A DNA stretch of 64,000 bases from an uncultured Bacteroidales bacterium. GTDB taxonomy: Bacteria; Bacteroidota; Bacteroidia; Bacteroidales; WCHB1-69. Within the stretch, counting starts at the first letter, position 1; every line of letters begins with the position of its first letter. The notes under the pieces are model-generated. The model was not told the origin of the DNA, made no database searches, and worked only from the letters and a program-made list of their open reading frames with translations. Location: NCBI GenBank assembly GCA_937892025.1, contig CALAVA010000042.1:739-64738 (forward strand), given 5' to 3'. Positions 8,181 through 17,287 of this stretch are shown piece by piece. A program made the translations under genes and the position numbers.

Positions 8181-8921
8181 ATGGAAACAAAAGAAGAAAA
8201 AATTACAGCCTACAAAGGCTTCGACAAGAACCTCCAATGTAGAGGGTTTCAGTACGAGATTGGCAAAGAGTACGAACTGCCAGAAGGCGAGACACCAGAT
8301 GTTTGCAAGCGAGGCTTCCATGCTTGCGAAAATCCTTTAGAAGTGCTCAATTATTATTTTCTCAACGATGACGCGAACTTCGCACGTTTTTGCGAGGTTG
8401 AGCAATCGGGCTGTTTATCTAAAGAAGAAAACACAACCAAGGTTGCATCTTCAAAAATCAAAATTAAGGCAGAATTAAAGTTCGCCGAATGGGTTAAGTT
8501 GGGAGTAGAGTGGATTAAGGAAAAGACTTCGCCATACAAGGTTGATGTAAAGTCTGAAAACACCTTGAATGATAATGGCGGCGACTCTGCACAGATTGGC
8601 TCAAGCGGCGACTCTGCACAGATTGGCTCAAGCGGCAACTCTGCACGGATTGGCTCAAGTGGCGACTATGCACAGATTGGCTCAAGCGGCGACTATGCAC
8701 AGATTGATAGTACGGGTGAAGATAGTGTAATTATGTGTGCTGGTTATAATTCACGTGTGAAAGCAAAGGTCGGCTCTTGGATAACACTTGCCGAGTGGTA
8801 CAAAGATGAAGAGTCGGAAATATGGAAGCCCAAATGCGTAAAGACCGAGTATGTGGACGGAGGGAGAATCAAGGCAGATACTTGGTATATGCTTGTGGAT
8901 GGTGAGTTTAAGGAAGTGTAA
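8181..8921 (+). CDS. repeat-containing protein with a central array of 9-aa G-D-S-A-Q-I-G-S-S repeats
   Basis: First ATG (METKEEK) of ORF 8160..8921; about 5 copies of SAQIGSSGD encoded by 27-bp tandem DNA repeats; N-terminus YKGF..L.CRGFQYE.GKEYE...CKRGFHACENP. Confidence 0.6.
   Translation: METKEEKITAYKGFDKNLQCRGFQYEIGKEYELPEGETPDVCKRGFHACENPLEVLNYYFLNDDANFARFCEVEQSGCLSKEENTTKVASSKIKIKAELKFAEWVKLGVEWIKEKTSPYKVDVKSENTLNDNGGDSAQIGSSGDSAQIGSSGNSARIGSSGDYAQIGSSGDYAQIDSTGEDSVIMCAGYNSRVKAKVGSWITLAEWYKDEESEIWKPKCVKTEYVDGGRIKADTWYMLVDGEFKEV
8580..8710 (+). repeat. about 4.8 tandem copies of a 27-bp in-frame coding repeat (ggcgactctgcacagattggctcaagc)
   Basis: Units at 8580, 8607, 8634, 8661 and 8688 read directly; a few substitutions between copies. 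Confidence 0.9.
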
Positions 8922-8947
8922 TTATAAATTGTAAAACAATAAACAAC

Positions 8948-9397
8948 ATGAAAAAGTATCTTTTTATTATCATGTGCCTTTGTGTGGGCATCGTGTCTGC
9001 AAATGCACAGCAGAAGAAAGCGACGACGTATTACACGCAGAAAGACATCGACGGCATCTGGCTTACTACGGAAGTGTACAACGAGCACACACAGTCGTGG
9101 CAAGCGGTCGGCGGTGATGATGCATCGGCATGGGCATTCACGGACATCAAGTCAGACGGAAGACCCATTGCCATCCTCAACAACAGCGGCGGCGTATCGC
9201 AGTTTGTCTATACCTTTGCGGCGAACAGCATCAAGTTGTACAACATTGTTGACAGGGCATCTTTGCTTGTGACGATAAAGGTGTTAAGTGTCAGTCGTGG
9301 GCAAAGTTTTGTCGGCAGGATGTCAACGACGAGTAGCCCATATACGGCTAAATTCAAGTTTGTGAAGATTGACACGGAGGAAGAAAAAGAAGAATAA
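8948..9397 (+). CDS. secreted protein with N-terminal signal peptide (149 aa)
   Basis: MKKYLFIIMCLCVGIVSANAQ: basic N-region, hydrophobic core, ANA-Q cleavage-like site. Confidence 0.6.
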   Translation: MKKYLFIIMCLCVGIVSANAQQKKATTYYTQKDIDGIWLTTEVYNEHTQSWQAVGGDDASAWAFTDIKSDGRPIAILNNSGGVSQFVYTFAANSIKLYNIVDRASLLVTIKVLSVSRGQSFVGRMSTTSSPYTAKFKFVKIDTEEEKEE

Positions 9398-9408
9398 AAA
9401 ACACACAC

Positions 9409-9445
9409 CACTTTTGATGAAAGAAAAAAGTGTTTATAGTTTTAT
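9409..9445 (+). terminator. Rho-independent terminator candidate
   Basis: Stem cactttt (9409-9415) pairs with aaaagtg (9426-9432), followed by T-rich tttatagttttattt. Confidence 0.5.
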
Positions 9446-9481
9446 TTATTCTTTTATTTAATATATATATTTAATAACAAG

Positions 9482-9560
9482 TTAGCAAATAGGTCACATG
9501 GGATTAGCAAATAGGTCGCCTCCCGTTAGTAAATAGGTCGGGCGTGTTAGCAAATAGGTC
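9482..9560. repeat. four direct 14-bp iteron-like repeats TTAG(C/T)AAATAGGTC spaced 21-22 bp
   Basis: Copies at 9482, 9504, 9526 and 9547 read directly; preceded by an AT-rich tract at 9440-9480. Confidence 0.85.
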
Positions 9561-9565
9561 ACAAA

Positions 9566-9604
9566 TTTTGGCTTTGAGGTTATAGATTTGGACTTTGAGG
9601 TTAC
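9566..9604. repeat. two direct repeats ATTT(T)GG(C/A)CTTTGAGGTTA spaced 21 bp
   Basis: Read directly at 9566-9583 and 9587-9604. Confidence 0.8.
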
Positions 9605-9696
9605 AAATTTTGACAAAGAAATACTGAAATTTGAACTTTTTTGAAGATAAATTAAAAAAAAGTCGCAAAAAGTTTTGTGTATTGAAAATGTATGGC

Positions 9697-9704
9697 TACC
9701 TTTG
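9697..9704 (+). promoter_or_regulatory. Bacteroidetes-type -7 promoter motif TACCTTTG (with TTTG at 9674-9677 as a possible -33)
   Basis: Matches TAnnTTTG; lies upstream of the 9871 gene. Confidence 0.5.
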
Positions 9705-9870
9705 CAATACGTAATTGTGGCTGGCACCAGATTACAAGACATACACAGAATGTAAGCGAAAGCAAAACATTATATCCTACTTTGTTGGGAAGGAGAAGCC
9801 CTGTAACCCCGTGCCAGTTGTTCTTTTGAACAGGTTACGGGGTTTCAACTTTTTAATAAGTAGGAATTTT

Positions 9871-10626
9871 ATGGAACTGAAACGCACTATAATGACACAA
9901 TGCAAAGGCAAACCACAACTACAAAAGGCTGTGGCGGTTGCCCTTTGCATTAAACACAAACTTGGGCGTTCATCCATGATGCGTAACTATTCCATCAATA
10001 AATTACACACACTTACTAAGATTTCAGCACGAACACTAAACAAATACCTGCCTATCCTCATACAACATGGGTGGGCAATGCTTGAAGGGAAAAACAACCA
10101 ACATCTAATCATTTGCAGGATGGTTTCACACACGGCAAAAAGAAATATCTGTGTGGATAAGTTCTGCTTTGACTCATTCACGGAAATATACCGCTCACTA
10201 CGAACTTTCTTGGCACTTCTCATACAAGCCAACAAGGACTTTATCAAATGCACGATTCAGAGTGTTGCAGACCCGAAAGACGGAAAGTCATACGAGGCAG
10301 CAAAACGAAAAGTGAAACGTCTCATTCAAAAAGGCATCCTTAATGGCAGATATGAACAATACAAAGAATACGGATTGAGCCTGAAACGTATAGCACAAGA
10401 AACAGGTAACTGCATCCGTACCGCACAACGTATCATGCGGTATGCGATTTGCAAAAATTGGGCAAAAAAATTCCATCATTTTGAACAAGTTTTTGCAAAA
10501 GGGGTTAATTATAGAAATGTTTATGGTTATACGTTCTCTACAAAGAACAATCTTTACATCATTCATGCCAATACATACGAACTCAATGATGATGTAAGGA
10601 ACAACCTCCTCGTTGGTAATATTTAG
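9871..10626 (+). CDS. putative winged-helix DNA-binding protein; possible iteron-binding initiator or regulator
   Basis: First ATG (MELKRTIM) of ORF 9715..10626; segment YSINKLHTLTKISARTLNKYLPILIQHGW looks HTH-like; lies next to the iterons. Confidence 0.4.
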   Translation: MELKRTIMTQCKGKPQLQKAVAVALCIKHKLGRSSMMRNYSINKLHTLTKISARTLNKYLPILIQHGWAMLEGKNNQHLIICRMVSHTAKRNICVDKFCFDSFTEIYRSLRTFLALLIQANKDFIKCTIQSVADPKDGKSYEAAKRKVKRLIQKGILNGRYEQYKEYGLSLKRIAQETGNCIRTAQRIMRYAICKNWAKKFHHFEQVFAKGVNYRNVYGYTFSTKNNLYIIHANTYELNDDVRNNLLVGNI

Positions 10627-10700
10627 ATGGTAAAACGTAAAGGGTATAAATTTTTTCAAACTTTTAACCGAAATAATTTGGAATATTCAAAATATCTGCT

Positions 10701-10708
10701 TAACTTTG
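10701..10708 (+). promoter_or_regulatory. Bacteroidetes-type -7 promoter motif TAACTTTG
   Basis: Matches TAnnTTTG, about 93 nt upstream of tRNA-Ser. Confidence 0.5.
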
Positions 10709-10800
10709 CAACCGATAAATTTCTTGGGAATAAACCATAAAATGTAAATTTAAGTTAGTGAAAAGCCAATCCCTGTTTGTGAAAATGGGGATGGCTAAAG

Positions 10801-10885
10801 GGAGGATTGGCAGAGTGGTAATGCAGCACATTGCTAACGTGTAACACGGTGAAACGTGTCGGTGGTTCGAGTCCATCATCCTCCG
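10801..10885 (+). tRNA. tRNA-Ser (anticodon GCU), long variable arm
   Basis: Hand-folded. Acceptor GGAGGAT/ATCCTCC. D-arm GCA-GAGTGGTAA-TGC. Anticodon loop TTGCTAA. Long variable arm. T-arm GGTGG-TTCGAGT-CCATC. Discriminator G. Confidence 0.8.
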
Positions 10886-10956
10886 CAAACCGCTGTGAAG
10901 CGACAGAGACTTTCCAATGGGAAAGAAAGAAAAGGGAGTAAATATTCATTGTATTA

Positions 10957-10982
10957 GGGGTGAAGCGTCACCCCACCTTTTA
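10957..10982 (+). terminator. Rho-independent terminator
   Basis: ggggtga-agcg-tcacccc (7-bp stem, 4-nt loop) followed by accttttaa. Confidence 0.6.
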
Positions 10983-11009
10983 AGAACTTAACAACAAAAC
11001 AATATATAT

Positions 11010-11567
11010 ATGCAGATACAATACGAAAACGAGGTGATTGAATACCTCAACATACCAAGCATACCCAGGAAGACTTGGGACAAGGAACGGCGACCATCAT
11101 TCAAGGACGGTGTTGCCGTTGTAACCCTGCATGGCGACCGAAAAGCCTACGCTGTGGTGACTTTTGATGCCGAGAGGGATGACAGACCGCACATCAAAAA
11201 AGTGTTCGGCATTGAGCCTTTCTACGGCATTGAGGAAATATATGTTGTTCCATCCTACATGGACGAGGACGTGGAGCACATGGACTTGGATGAGCAGAGC
11301 AAGGTTGCCGCACAAAGGGTGCTGGAGGAGGCACATGAGTTGGAAATGGAGGGTGTTGAAGAGCCAAAGATTCAGTTGCCGAACAATGAATACTTCTTCG
11401 ACAACGTGCATTCGGACGAGGAGGCAATCGCCTTTATCAAGTCGTACAATCGTGCCAACAAAATAAAGGGACGTGTGCCGACCGACCACGAAACTATCGT
11501 GATGAAACTTTCAGTCATTTATTCAGATATGCAGAAAGGTAAAAATCGTAAAAACAAAAGAAGATAA
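11010..11567 (+). CDS. hypothetical acidic protein (185 aa)
   Basis: ORF-track ORF; no motif recognised. Confidence 0.55.
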   Translation: MQIQYENEVIEYLNIPSIPRKTWDKERRPSFKDGVAVVTLHGDRKAYAVVTFDAERDDRPHIKKVFGIEPFYGIEEIYVVPSYMDEDVEHMDLDEQSKVAAQRVLEEAHELEMEGVEEPKIQLPNNEYFFDNVHSDEEAIAFIKSYNRANKIKGRVPTDHETIVMKLSVIYSDMQKGKNRKNKRR

Positions 11568-11573
11568 ATTATC

Positions 11574-12230
11574 ATGAAGAAGAAGAAAGAAACAAGAGAC
11601 CAGTTAGAAAGACGCATCAACAATGCCATCGTGTTTGTGCCAAAGGACAAGGAGTCTAAGACCATTTATTTCAGCGAGCGAGGGCTTCGGCTGACCGTGA
11701 CATCCGAAGCTGCGGTCATCGAGACAGGCTTTCATCGTCACGTCTTTAGCAACGTCACCGCATCAGGCATAAGCAGACCGTTTCTCTACACCCGACGTCT
11801 TATTGAGATTGCAAACGAGAACGACTGCAAGACGGAGGACGGATATTCATTTGCCAAGTTGCTCGAAGTGCTTAAAGCAAAGGAAGACCAAGCGGAATAC
11901 AACCTTGCCGTGTACACGGAGTGGTGGATATTCAACTGCTTTCAGCCCCTCTTCTCAATAGGCGAGTCGGCAGCAGAATCATGGCTTGTCTATGAAGCCT
12001 ATCTGCACAATATCGCACGGAATGCGGTTATCTTGTCAGAAAAGACAGAGGACATGACCAACAAGCAGTTCTTGGATGCGGTTATCAAGAATATGCAGGA
12101 GTTCACGGCAGAAGTAGATGAACGTGTCATATTCCCAAAAAAGACCGATGAAGAGCGTATTAAGGAGGAAATTGCAGCGATTCAGGAAACAGAGAACGAA
12201 CAAGTATTGAACACACAGAAAGAAGGATGA
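11574..12230 (+). CDS. hypothetical protein (218 aa)
   Basis: ORF-track ORF. Confidence 0.55.
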   Translation: MKKKKETRDQLERRINNAIVFVPKDKESKTIYFSERGLRLTVTSEAAVIETGFHRHVFSNVTASGISRPFLYTRRLIEIANENDCKTEDGYSFAKLLEVLKAKEDQAEYNLAVYTEWWIFNCFQPLFSIGESAAESWLVYEAYLHNIARNAVILSEKTEDMTNKQFLDAVIKNMQEFTAEVDERVIFPKKTDEERIKEEIAAIQETENEQVLNTQKEG

Positions 12231-12231
12231 T

Positions 12232-12402
12232 ATGGAAGAAAAGGATTTTGAATGGATTTCAGCGAGCGAGTACGCCAAACGGGAAGGCGTGACGACCCAG
12301 ACCGTGTACAACTGGATTAAGGAACAGAAACTTGTGACGATGGAGTTCACAAGGGGAAAGATGAACGGAGTGCTTATCCAAGTACCTAAAAAACAAGAAT
12401 AA
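12232..12402 (+). CDS. small HTH DNA-binding protein (MerR/excisionase-like), 56 aa
   Basis: Hand-read ORF: ..WISASEYAKREGVTTQTVYNWIKEQKL.. is a typical HTH_17/Xis-like helix-turn-helix. Confidence 0.5.
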   Translation: MEEKDFEWISASEYAKREGVTTQTVYNWIKEQKLVTMEFTRGKMNGVLIQVPKKQE

Positions 12403-12403
12403 T

Positions 12404-12691
12404 ATGGCAAGCAGGACAGCGGAATATTATCGCACACACCCGAAAGCACGGAAGAAGCACGTTGAATACCAAAAAGAATACAACAAGAAAGAGGAGCAGG
12501 TAAAGAAACGTGTCGAATGTATTGAGCATAACCGTGAACATGACAAGAAATATGGCAAAGCATCACGCAAAGGCAAGGATGCAAGCCACACAAGTCACGG
12601 CATCGTTTACAAGTCCTCCTCCGCCAATCGTGGCAGCAAGTCAGATACCGCAGGTGACAGACGTGCGAGAGGTGGTAAAAAGAAAAAATAG
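12404..12691 (+). CDS. highly basic hypothetical protein (95 aa)
   Basis: ORF-track ORF; Lys/Arg-rich throughout. Confidence 0.45.
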   Translation: MASRTAEYYRTHPKARKKHVEYQKEYNKKEEQVKKRVECIEHNREHDKKYGKASRKGKDASHTSHGIVYKSSSANRGSKSDTAGDRRARGGKKKK

Positions 12692-12714
12692 TTATTAACT
12701 TTATAAAACAAAAA

Positions 12715-13335
12715 ATGAAGAAACTGATTCTTATGGGTCTTTTGCTGGCGGTAGTCGGCATTATGGCTACGGGCTGTTCGTCTTGCAAGTCCGAGAACAA
12801 AAAGCAGGACACCGAAAATGAAGCATACCACGACTACGATGGCGTGGTGCAGGACTTTACCGCTGGTACGGCAAAGATTCAGGCAATGCACCGTCAGACG
12901 ATGTTCTCCTTGGTTGGTGGCGACTACGAGTGGCGTAATTCACGCATAATCTTTAATGACACCGTGACCACAGATAACATTGACGACATCCACATCACGG
13001 ACATCAATGATGTATTCTGCTATTGGAACGACGGCATGTGGGTGCAGTACATTTGTTCTAATGTGAAGAACGGATTGCAAATTCCCTTTCCAATCAATGA
13101 CGTATGGATTGAGGATGATGACCTGAATGACCAACCGATGGAACTCTCTGCCGAGGATGCCTTGCAGAGATTAAAAGAGTGGAACGGCATATTGCCAAAA
13201 GCGAAGTTCATCACGTTGCGATTGCCAGTTGGTCCGAAGCCTTGCAATCCACAATGGGTGTTCGGCGATGTGTATGATGTGCTATTCATCGATGCTGTAA
13301 CAGGTGACATTACGGATTCAAATCCTGCTTTTTGA
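12715..13335 (+). CDS. putative lipoprotein (206 aa)
   Basis: MKKLILMGLLLAVVGIMATGCSSC: signal peptide with a lipobox-like ATGC. Confidence 0.6.
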   Translation: MKKLILMGLLLAVVGIMATGCSSCKSENKKQDTENEAYHDYDGVVQDFTAGTAKIQAMHRQTMFSLVGGDYEWRNSRIIFNDTVTTDNIDDIHITDINDVFCYWNDGMWVQYICSNVKNGLQIPFPINDVWIEDDDLNDQPMELSAEDALQRLKEWNGILPKAKFITLRLPVGPKPCNPQWVFGDVYDVLFIDAVTGDITDSNPAF

Positions 13336-13356
13336 AAAACTAAAATCATTACAATT

Positions 13357-13794
13357 ATGGATTCAGTAACATTATCATTGGCACAGTACAACACCCTGCG
13401 TGACGAAAACGCAGCACTTAAAACGCAGAACAGCGAACTTGAAGATGCACTTGAGGCATTGAAAGAGAACGACGGGCAAAAGGTCATCATCCGTGAATCC
13501 TGCACTTGTGAGGATGAGGAGGGCGAAGAAACCGTATGCGTTCACACATGGGTAAAGGGATTTGATGAGGTGAAAGCCGAGGTTGAAGAGTTCTACAAGA
13601 AGAAGATTGAGGACTTGGAAACAGAGATTGAGGCAAAGACCAAAGCGGCTGAAAAGGTGTCAGAGGAACTGCTTTCCAACGCCGAAAGCCAGAAGCAGAC
13701 CGCTGATGCCCTTGCGAAGAAAGCATTGGAGGCTGAAATGGAAGTGTCACGATTAAAGCACAGAAACCTATGGAAGAGAATTTTGAACAAATAG
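13357..13794 (+). CDS. coiled-coil protein (145 aa)
   Basis: ORF-track ORF; Glu/Lys/Ala-rich heptad-like sequence. Confidence 0.5.
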   Translation: MDSVTLSLAQYNTLRDENAALKTQNSELEDALEALKENDGQKVIIRESCTCEDEEGEETVCVHTWVKGFDEVKAEVEEFYKKKIEDLETEIEAKTKAAEKVSEELLSNAESQKQTADALAKKALEAEMEVSRLKHRNLWKRILNK

Positions 13795-14102
13795 AGTTTG
13801 AACAAATAAGGAGTGTTTACAAAGAAGTCCATTCCACCGGCATTATTAAAATCCTGATTAACACGGAAGTAAAATGGGTGGATTTCCTAATCGACAGAGT
13901 TCTTGAAAAGCATCAGATTGCTGTGTCTTTCTTTCTTGGAGACCCTGCTGAGAAAATAGAATACATTGACATGGGGAAAGACTATGACACATTTAAGTAT
14001 TTGATATTCACTCAGCAATACAAAGACCAAATCACCCTGTTGGTAGTTCCAAGAACTCTTCTGATGGATAAAAAAGAATGGAAAAAGTATGGAGAATCTT
14101 GA
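13770..14102 (+). CDS. hypothetical protein (110 aa)
   Basis: ORF-track ORF overlapping the previous gene end. Confidence 0.45.
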   Translation: MEENFEQIEFEQIRSVYKEVHSTGIIKILINTEVKWVDFLIDRVLEKHQIAVSFFLGDPAEKIEYIDMGKDYDTFKYLIFTQQYKDQITLLVVPRTLLMDKKEWKKYGES

Positions 14103-14472
14103 ACAAATGAGAAAGAACTTCGAGAAGGCGGTGGCAGATTATGTTGCCGTTTTCTTGAAGCAGTTTGAACTGGATGAAAGTGATTGCTGGTGGGTTGGTG
14201 ACAGAATCGGGGTGGATAACTTCTGCTTCGGTGACTTCTATGCTATCTCACTCAATGAAATGATTTACTGCATTGAGAACGGTGTTACTTATGACGAGTT
14301 TGTTGCTCACATGGACTATCTTCTCAAATGCGATGAATACAATTTCCCGTTGATGAACTTGAAAGCATGGCATACAGGAGCACCACGCATTCCGCAAGAA
14401 ACCTTTGACCGATTGGATGGTCTGAAACGTGATTTGGACGAAGCGATTAAGAACGAAAGAGAAAAGTTTTAG
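14089..14472 (+). CDS. hypothetical protein (127 aa)
   Basis: ORF-track ORF. Confidence 0.5.
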   Translation: MENLEQMRKNFEKAVADYVAVFLKQFELDESDCWWVGDRIGVDNFCFGDFYAISLNEMIYCIENGVTYDEFVAHMDYLLKCDEYNFPLMNLKAWHTGAPRIPQETFDRLDGLKRDLDEAIKNEREKF

Positions 14473-14788
14473 GTATGAAATTCAGACAAGCAAAAAAGAT
14501 GGTGAACGAATGGGGGTGCAGAAATGAACTTTTCACTGAGCCTCTTGACGTTTTCACGGAAAGGTTTAAGACAGCCATCCGTATATATAACCGTCATTAT
14601 TGTAGAAAACCATTTTAACGATTGACTATGGGCAAGCCGAAGAAACGCAAGGGAAAGATAAGGTTTAGGCAAAGAGCCTCATTAAAACCTACTACACGAA
14701 AGAATAACGTAGGCAATATCGGGCATCCAACTTTGCTTGCCAACACAGGTATTATCAAAGTTCGTCTTAAACAAAAAAGTTAATCAAT

Positions 14789-15214
14789 ATGATTACATTC
14801 TTTAGAAGATTGCTTGTCCGATTAGGTAAGACAATACCCTTTGTGTTGGCATTCATGCTACTTGTCGGATATATAGAAAGCATTTATGCAGTAATAAGCC
14901 AAAATCTGATAGTTGACGTTGAGAATGAAACTCTTTACGATTTGCCTATCACATTCTTTCTTTCGAGCATCGTTTACATTGATTGGTTTGACGTGCTGAT
15001 TGTTTGGATATTGTGCGTGGCTCTCGAACTTTGCAAGTATTCATTCCGTTGTGCAATCTATTTAACCCTGAATTTAGCCGTTAGATACGCATTAGAGACA
15101 CTTTCGCTTGACGGGTGGGTAATTATACCACTTTGTTCTTTCATGGCTTTATTCGGCTTATTTTGCGTGTATGGTGGATTCAAGATGATTAAGTATCAAA
15201 AAAGAAAATTCTGA
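14789..15214 (+). CDS. integral membrane protein (141 aa, about 4 TM segments)
   Basis: Several hydrophobic stretches (IPFVLAFMLLVGYI, ITFFLSSIVYIDWFDVLIVWILCVAL, VIIPLCSFMALFGLFCVYGGF). Confidence 0.55.
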   Translation: MITFFRRLLVRLGKTIPFVLAFMLLVGYIESIYAVISQNLIVDVENETLYDLPITFFLSSIVYIDWFDVLIVWILCVALELCKYSFRCAIYLTLNLAVRYALETLSLDGWVIIPLCSFMALFGLFCVYGGFKMIKYQKRKF

Positions 15215-16089
15215 TGAGTGCCTACGGAATACCTTACAAAGGTGGGAAAAGCAAAGTTGTAAAGTGGGTGATTGACAGTCTGCCTCCTAATGAGCATTTC
15301 TACGACCTGTTTTGCGGAGGCTGTGCGGTTACACACTATGGTATGGTTAGCCGTAGATGGGAGCAGTTTAACATCAACGACATAAACGGCATGATGCCAC
15401 AAATGTTTGTTGATGCAGCACACGGGAAATATGTTGGTGAGAACAGATGGATAAGTCGTGACGAGTTTTTCCGCACAAAGGATTTTGACGGATATTCAGC
15501 CGTATGCTTCTCCTTTGGCAACGACTTACGCTCCTATGCCTATTCAAAAGAATTAGAGCCTATAAAAATGGCTGCACACTATGCTATTATGTTTGGAGAA
15601 CATAAGTACCTAAAGGAGATTTGGAATGATGATTTTGCAGAGATTGAAAAGTCCGCAAAGGTCTATGAGCGGTATCTAACATACAAACGATTGGTTCTCC
15701 AAAAAGCGAAGCGTGGGGATTTATCCCATTTGGAGAACTTAAATCGGTTGTTAAGTTTAGAACGCTTGCAGTCCTTGCAGTCCTGCAAGACTGACTATCA
15801 GGACGTGAAGATATTGCCAAACAGCACGGTGTACTGCGACATCCCGTACAAGGGAACAAACAAATATCAAAAGGACGGATTTGATTACGAACGATTTTAT
15901 GAATGGGCAGATAGCAGGGATTTTCCCGTATTTGTCAGCGAGTATGAAATGCCTGAAGAGTTTGCACCGATAGCAGTACACGCAAGGAAAGACACCATGT
16001 GTGCATCCAACAACAATGTGTTGCGTGCCGAGAAAATCTTTGTTCAAAAGCGATACGCAGACAAGTACAAAAGAGATTTGTTTGTATAA
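15214..16089 (+). CDS. DNA N6-adenine methyltransferase (Dam-like, D12 class), orphan
   Basis: N-terminus YKGGKSK...FYDLFCGGCAV (AdoMet motif I) and catalytic CDIPYKG (DPPY-type motif IV); no adjacent restriction gene. Confidence 0.75.
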   Translation: MSAYGIPYKGGKSKVVKWVIDSLPPNEHFYDLFCGGCAVTHYGMVSRRWEQFNINDINGMMPQMFVDAAHGKYVGENRWISRDEFFRTKDFDGYSAVCFSFGNDLRSYAYSKELEPIKMAAHYAIMFGEHKYLKEIWNDDFAEIEKSAKVYERYLTYKRLVLQKAKRGDLSHLENLNRLLSLERLQSLQSCKTDYQDVKILPNSTVYCDIPYKGTNKYQKDGFDYERFYEWADSRDFPVFVSEYEMPEEFAPIAVHARKDTMCASNNNVLRAEKIFVQKRYADKYKRDLFV

Positions 16090-16132
16090 ATAAAACAATT
16101 ACAATTATTCTAACTTAAAAAACTTACCAATT

Positions 16133-16354
16133 ATGAAGAACTTTTTTACCAAACTCAAAGAAAAGAACGCACAGCGGAAAGAAAAAGAATTGATGGAACG
16201 GGCAAAAGACCTTTTCCAAATCTGCGAACATGACGGAGAAACGTGGATAACGTATGGCGGTCATCTGGTGCTACCTACGGAGTTTTTAAGAGAAGACCCG
16301 ATAACTACACTACAACAACTGCGAGAAGCGTATATAGAAAGGAATAAGGCATGA
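16133..16354 (+). CDS. hypothetical protein (73 aa)
   Basis: ORF-track ORF. Confidence 0.5.
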   Translation: MKNFFTKLKEKNAQRKEKELMERAKDLFQICEHDGETWITYGGHLVLPTEFLREDPITTLQQLREAYIERNKA

Positions 16355-16576
16355 AAAAGAGGTATCAAGACCTGTGGAACAAACGCAAAGAGTTTGTACG
16401 CATGACATGGGGCAGCCTTCTCCTTGGCAGCATCTTACTTTGGACTTGCATCATCATTGGAATCATCGGACTTTGCAGAATACTATGACAGAAGAACTGA
16501 TACAAAAGATTGTGGGCATGGCAATCACTTTGCTTTGCTGTGCCTACATCGCCAAACTCTTGAAAGACACGGAAAA

Positions 16577-17287
16577 ATGAGAAAGAAAATCATCTACTAC
16601 AACAAAGTGGAACTCGAAGCACTGCGATACTGTGCAAGGGTGATGGACTTTGGTGTGTCACTAACACTTACCGCCGCATTGAACGAAATGCTGAACGCTT
16701 ACCTGCTGCTGCGTGAGGATAAAAGGTTTAGGCACAAACTGAAACAATTAGCCAACGAAGCCGACAGAAAAGCAACCATGCAGAAAGCAACCATCATGTC
16801 CGTTATGCGTGACAGAAAGTTCTTTGACGATTATTCCGACAAGGTTATCGACTTGGCAGAAAAAGACATTACTGACTTTCGGATGGGCATAAAACAGATG
16901 CTTGACGAAAACGGCATCAAGGATAGCGAACTGATAGCACAATGCGAAACCGCATCCGTATTGCTGAAACTTTCCGTTGAACACTACCATGTGACCATTA
17001 GCAAGACAAAGGAAAAGTTCAAGTGCAGACTACCTGATTCATGCCCTGAATTTAACGCTGAAAACCTGACGAACACTTGGGATGCGGTATGCAAACTGCT
17101 TTATTCCAACAGGCAGGAGGATGTTGACCTGAATGCGGAACAAAACAAAATCTTGTTTGAAAGAATGGCAAAAGGATTCTGCGATGGACAATACACAAAA
17201 GAATGTCTGCAAGAGGCACAAAGGCTACACCCAGAATTTACAGAGAACGACATTAAAGTAACTGACGAAACAGAAGAACAGAAATGA
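16577..17287 (+). CDS. hypothetical protein (about 236 aa)
   Basis: Internal ATG (MRKKIIYYNK) of ORF 16424..17287; two small TM micro-ORFs appear to occupy 16351-16580. Confidence 0.5.
   Translation: MRKKIIYYNKVELEALRYCARVMDFGVSLTLTAALNEMLNAYLLLREDKRFRHKLKQLANEADRKATMQKATIMSVMRDRKFFDDYSDKVIDLAEKDITDFRMGIKQMLDENGIKDSELIAQCETASVLLKLSVEHYHVTISKTKEKFKCRLPDSCPEFNAENLTNTWDAVCKLLYSNRQEDVDLNAEQNKILFERMAKGFCDGQYTKECLQEAQRLHPEFTENDIKVTDETEEQK

Noticed and set aside
9482-9604. Possible CRISPR array (short direct repeats with about 8-nt spacers)
   Set aside because: The repeats are only 14 bp and the intervening segments only 7-8 bp. There are no cas genes, and the context (AT-rich tract plus a DNA-binding gene) fits iterons or operators instead.
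12036-12812. 258-aa minus-strand ORF spanning several plus-strand genes
   Set aside because: It crosses four tightly packed plus-strand genes, including a clear HTH protein and a lipoprotein start. It has low-complexity shadow-frame composition.
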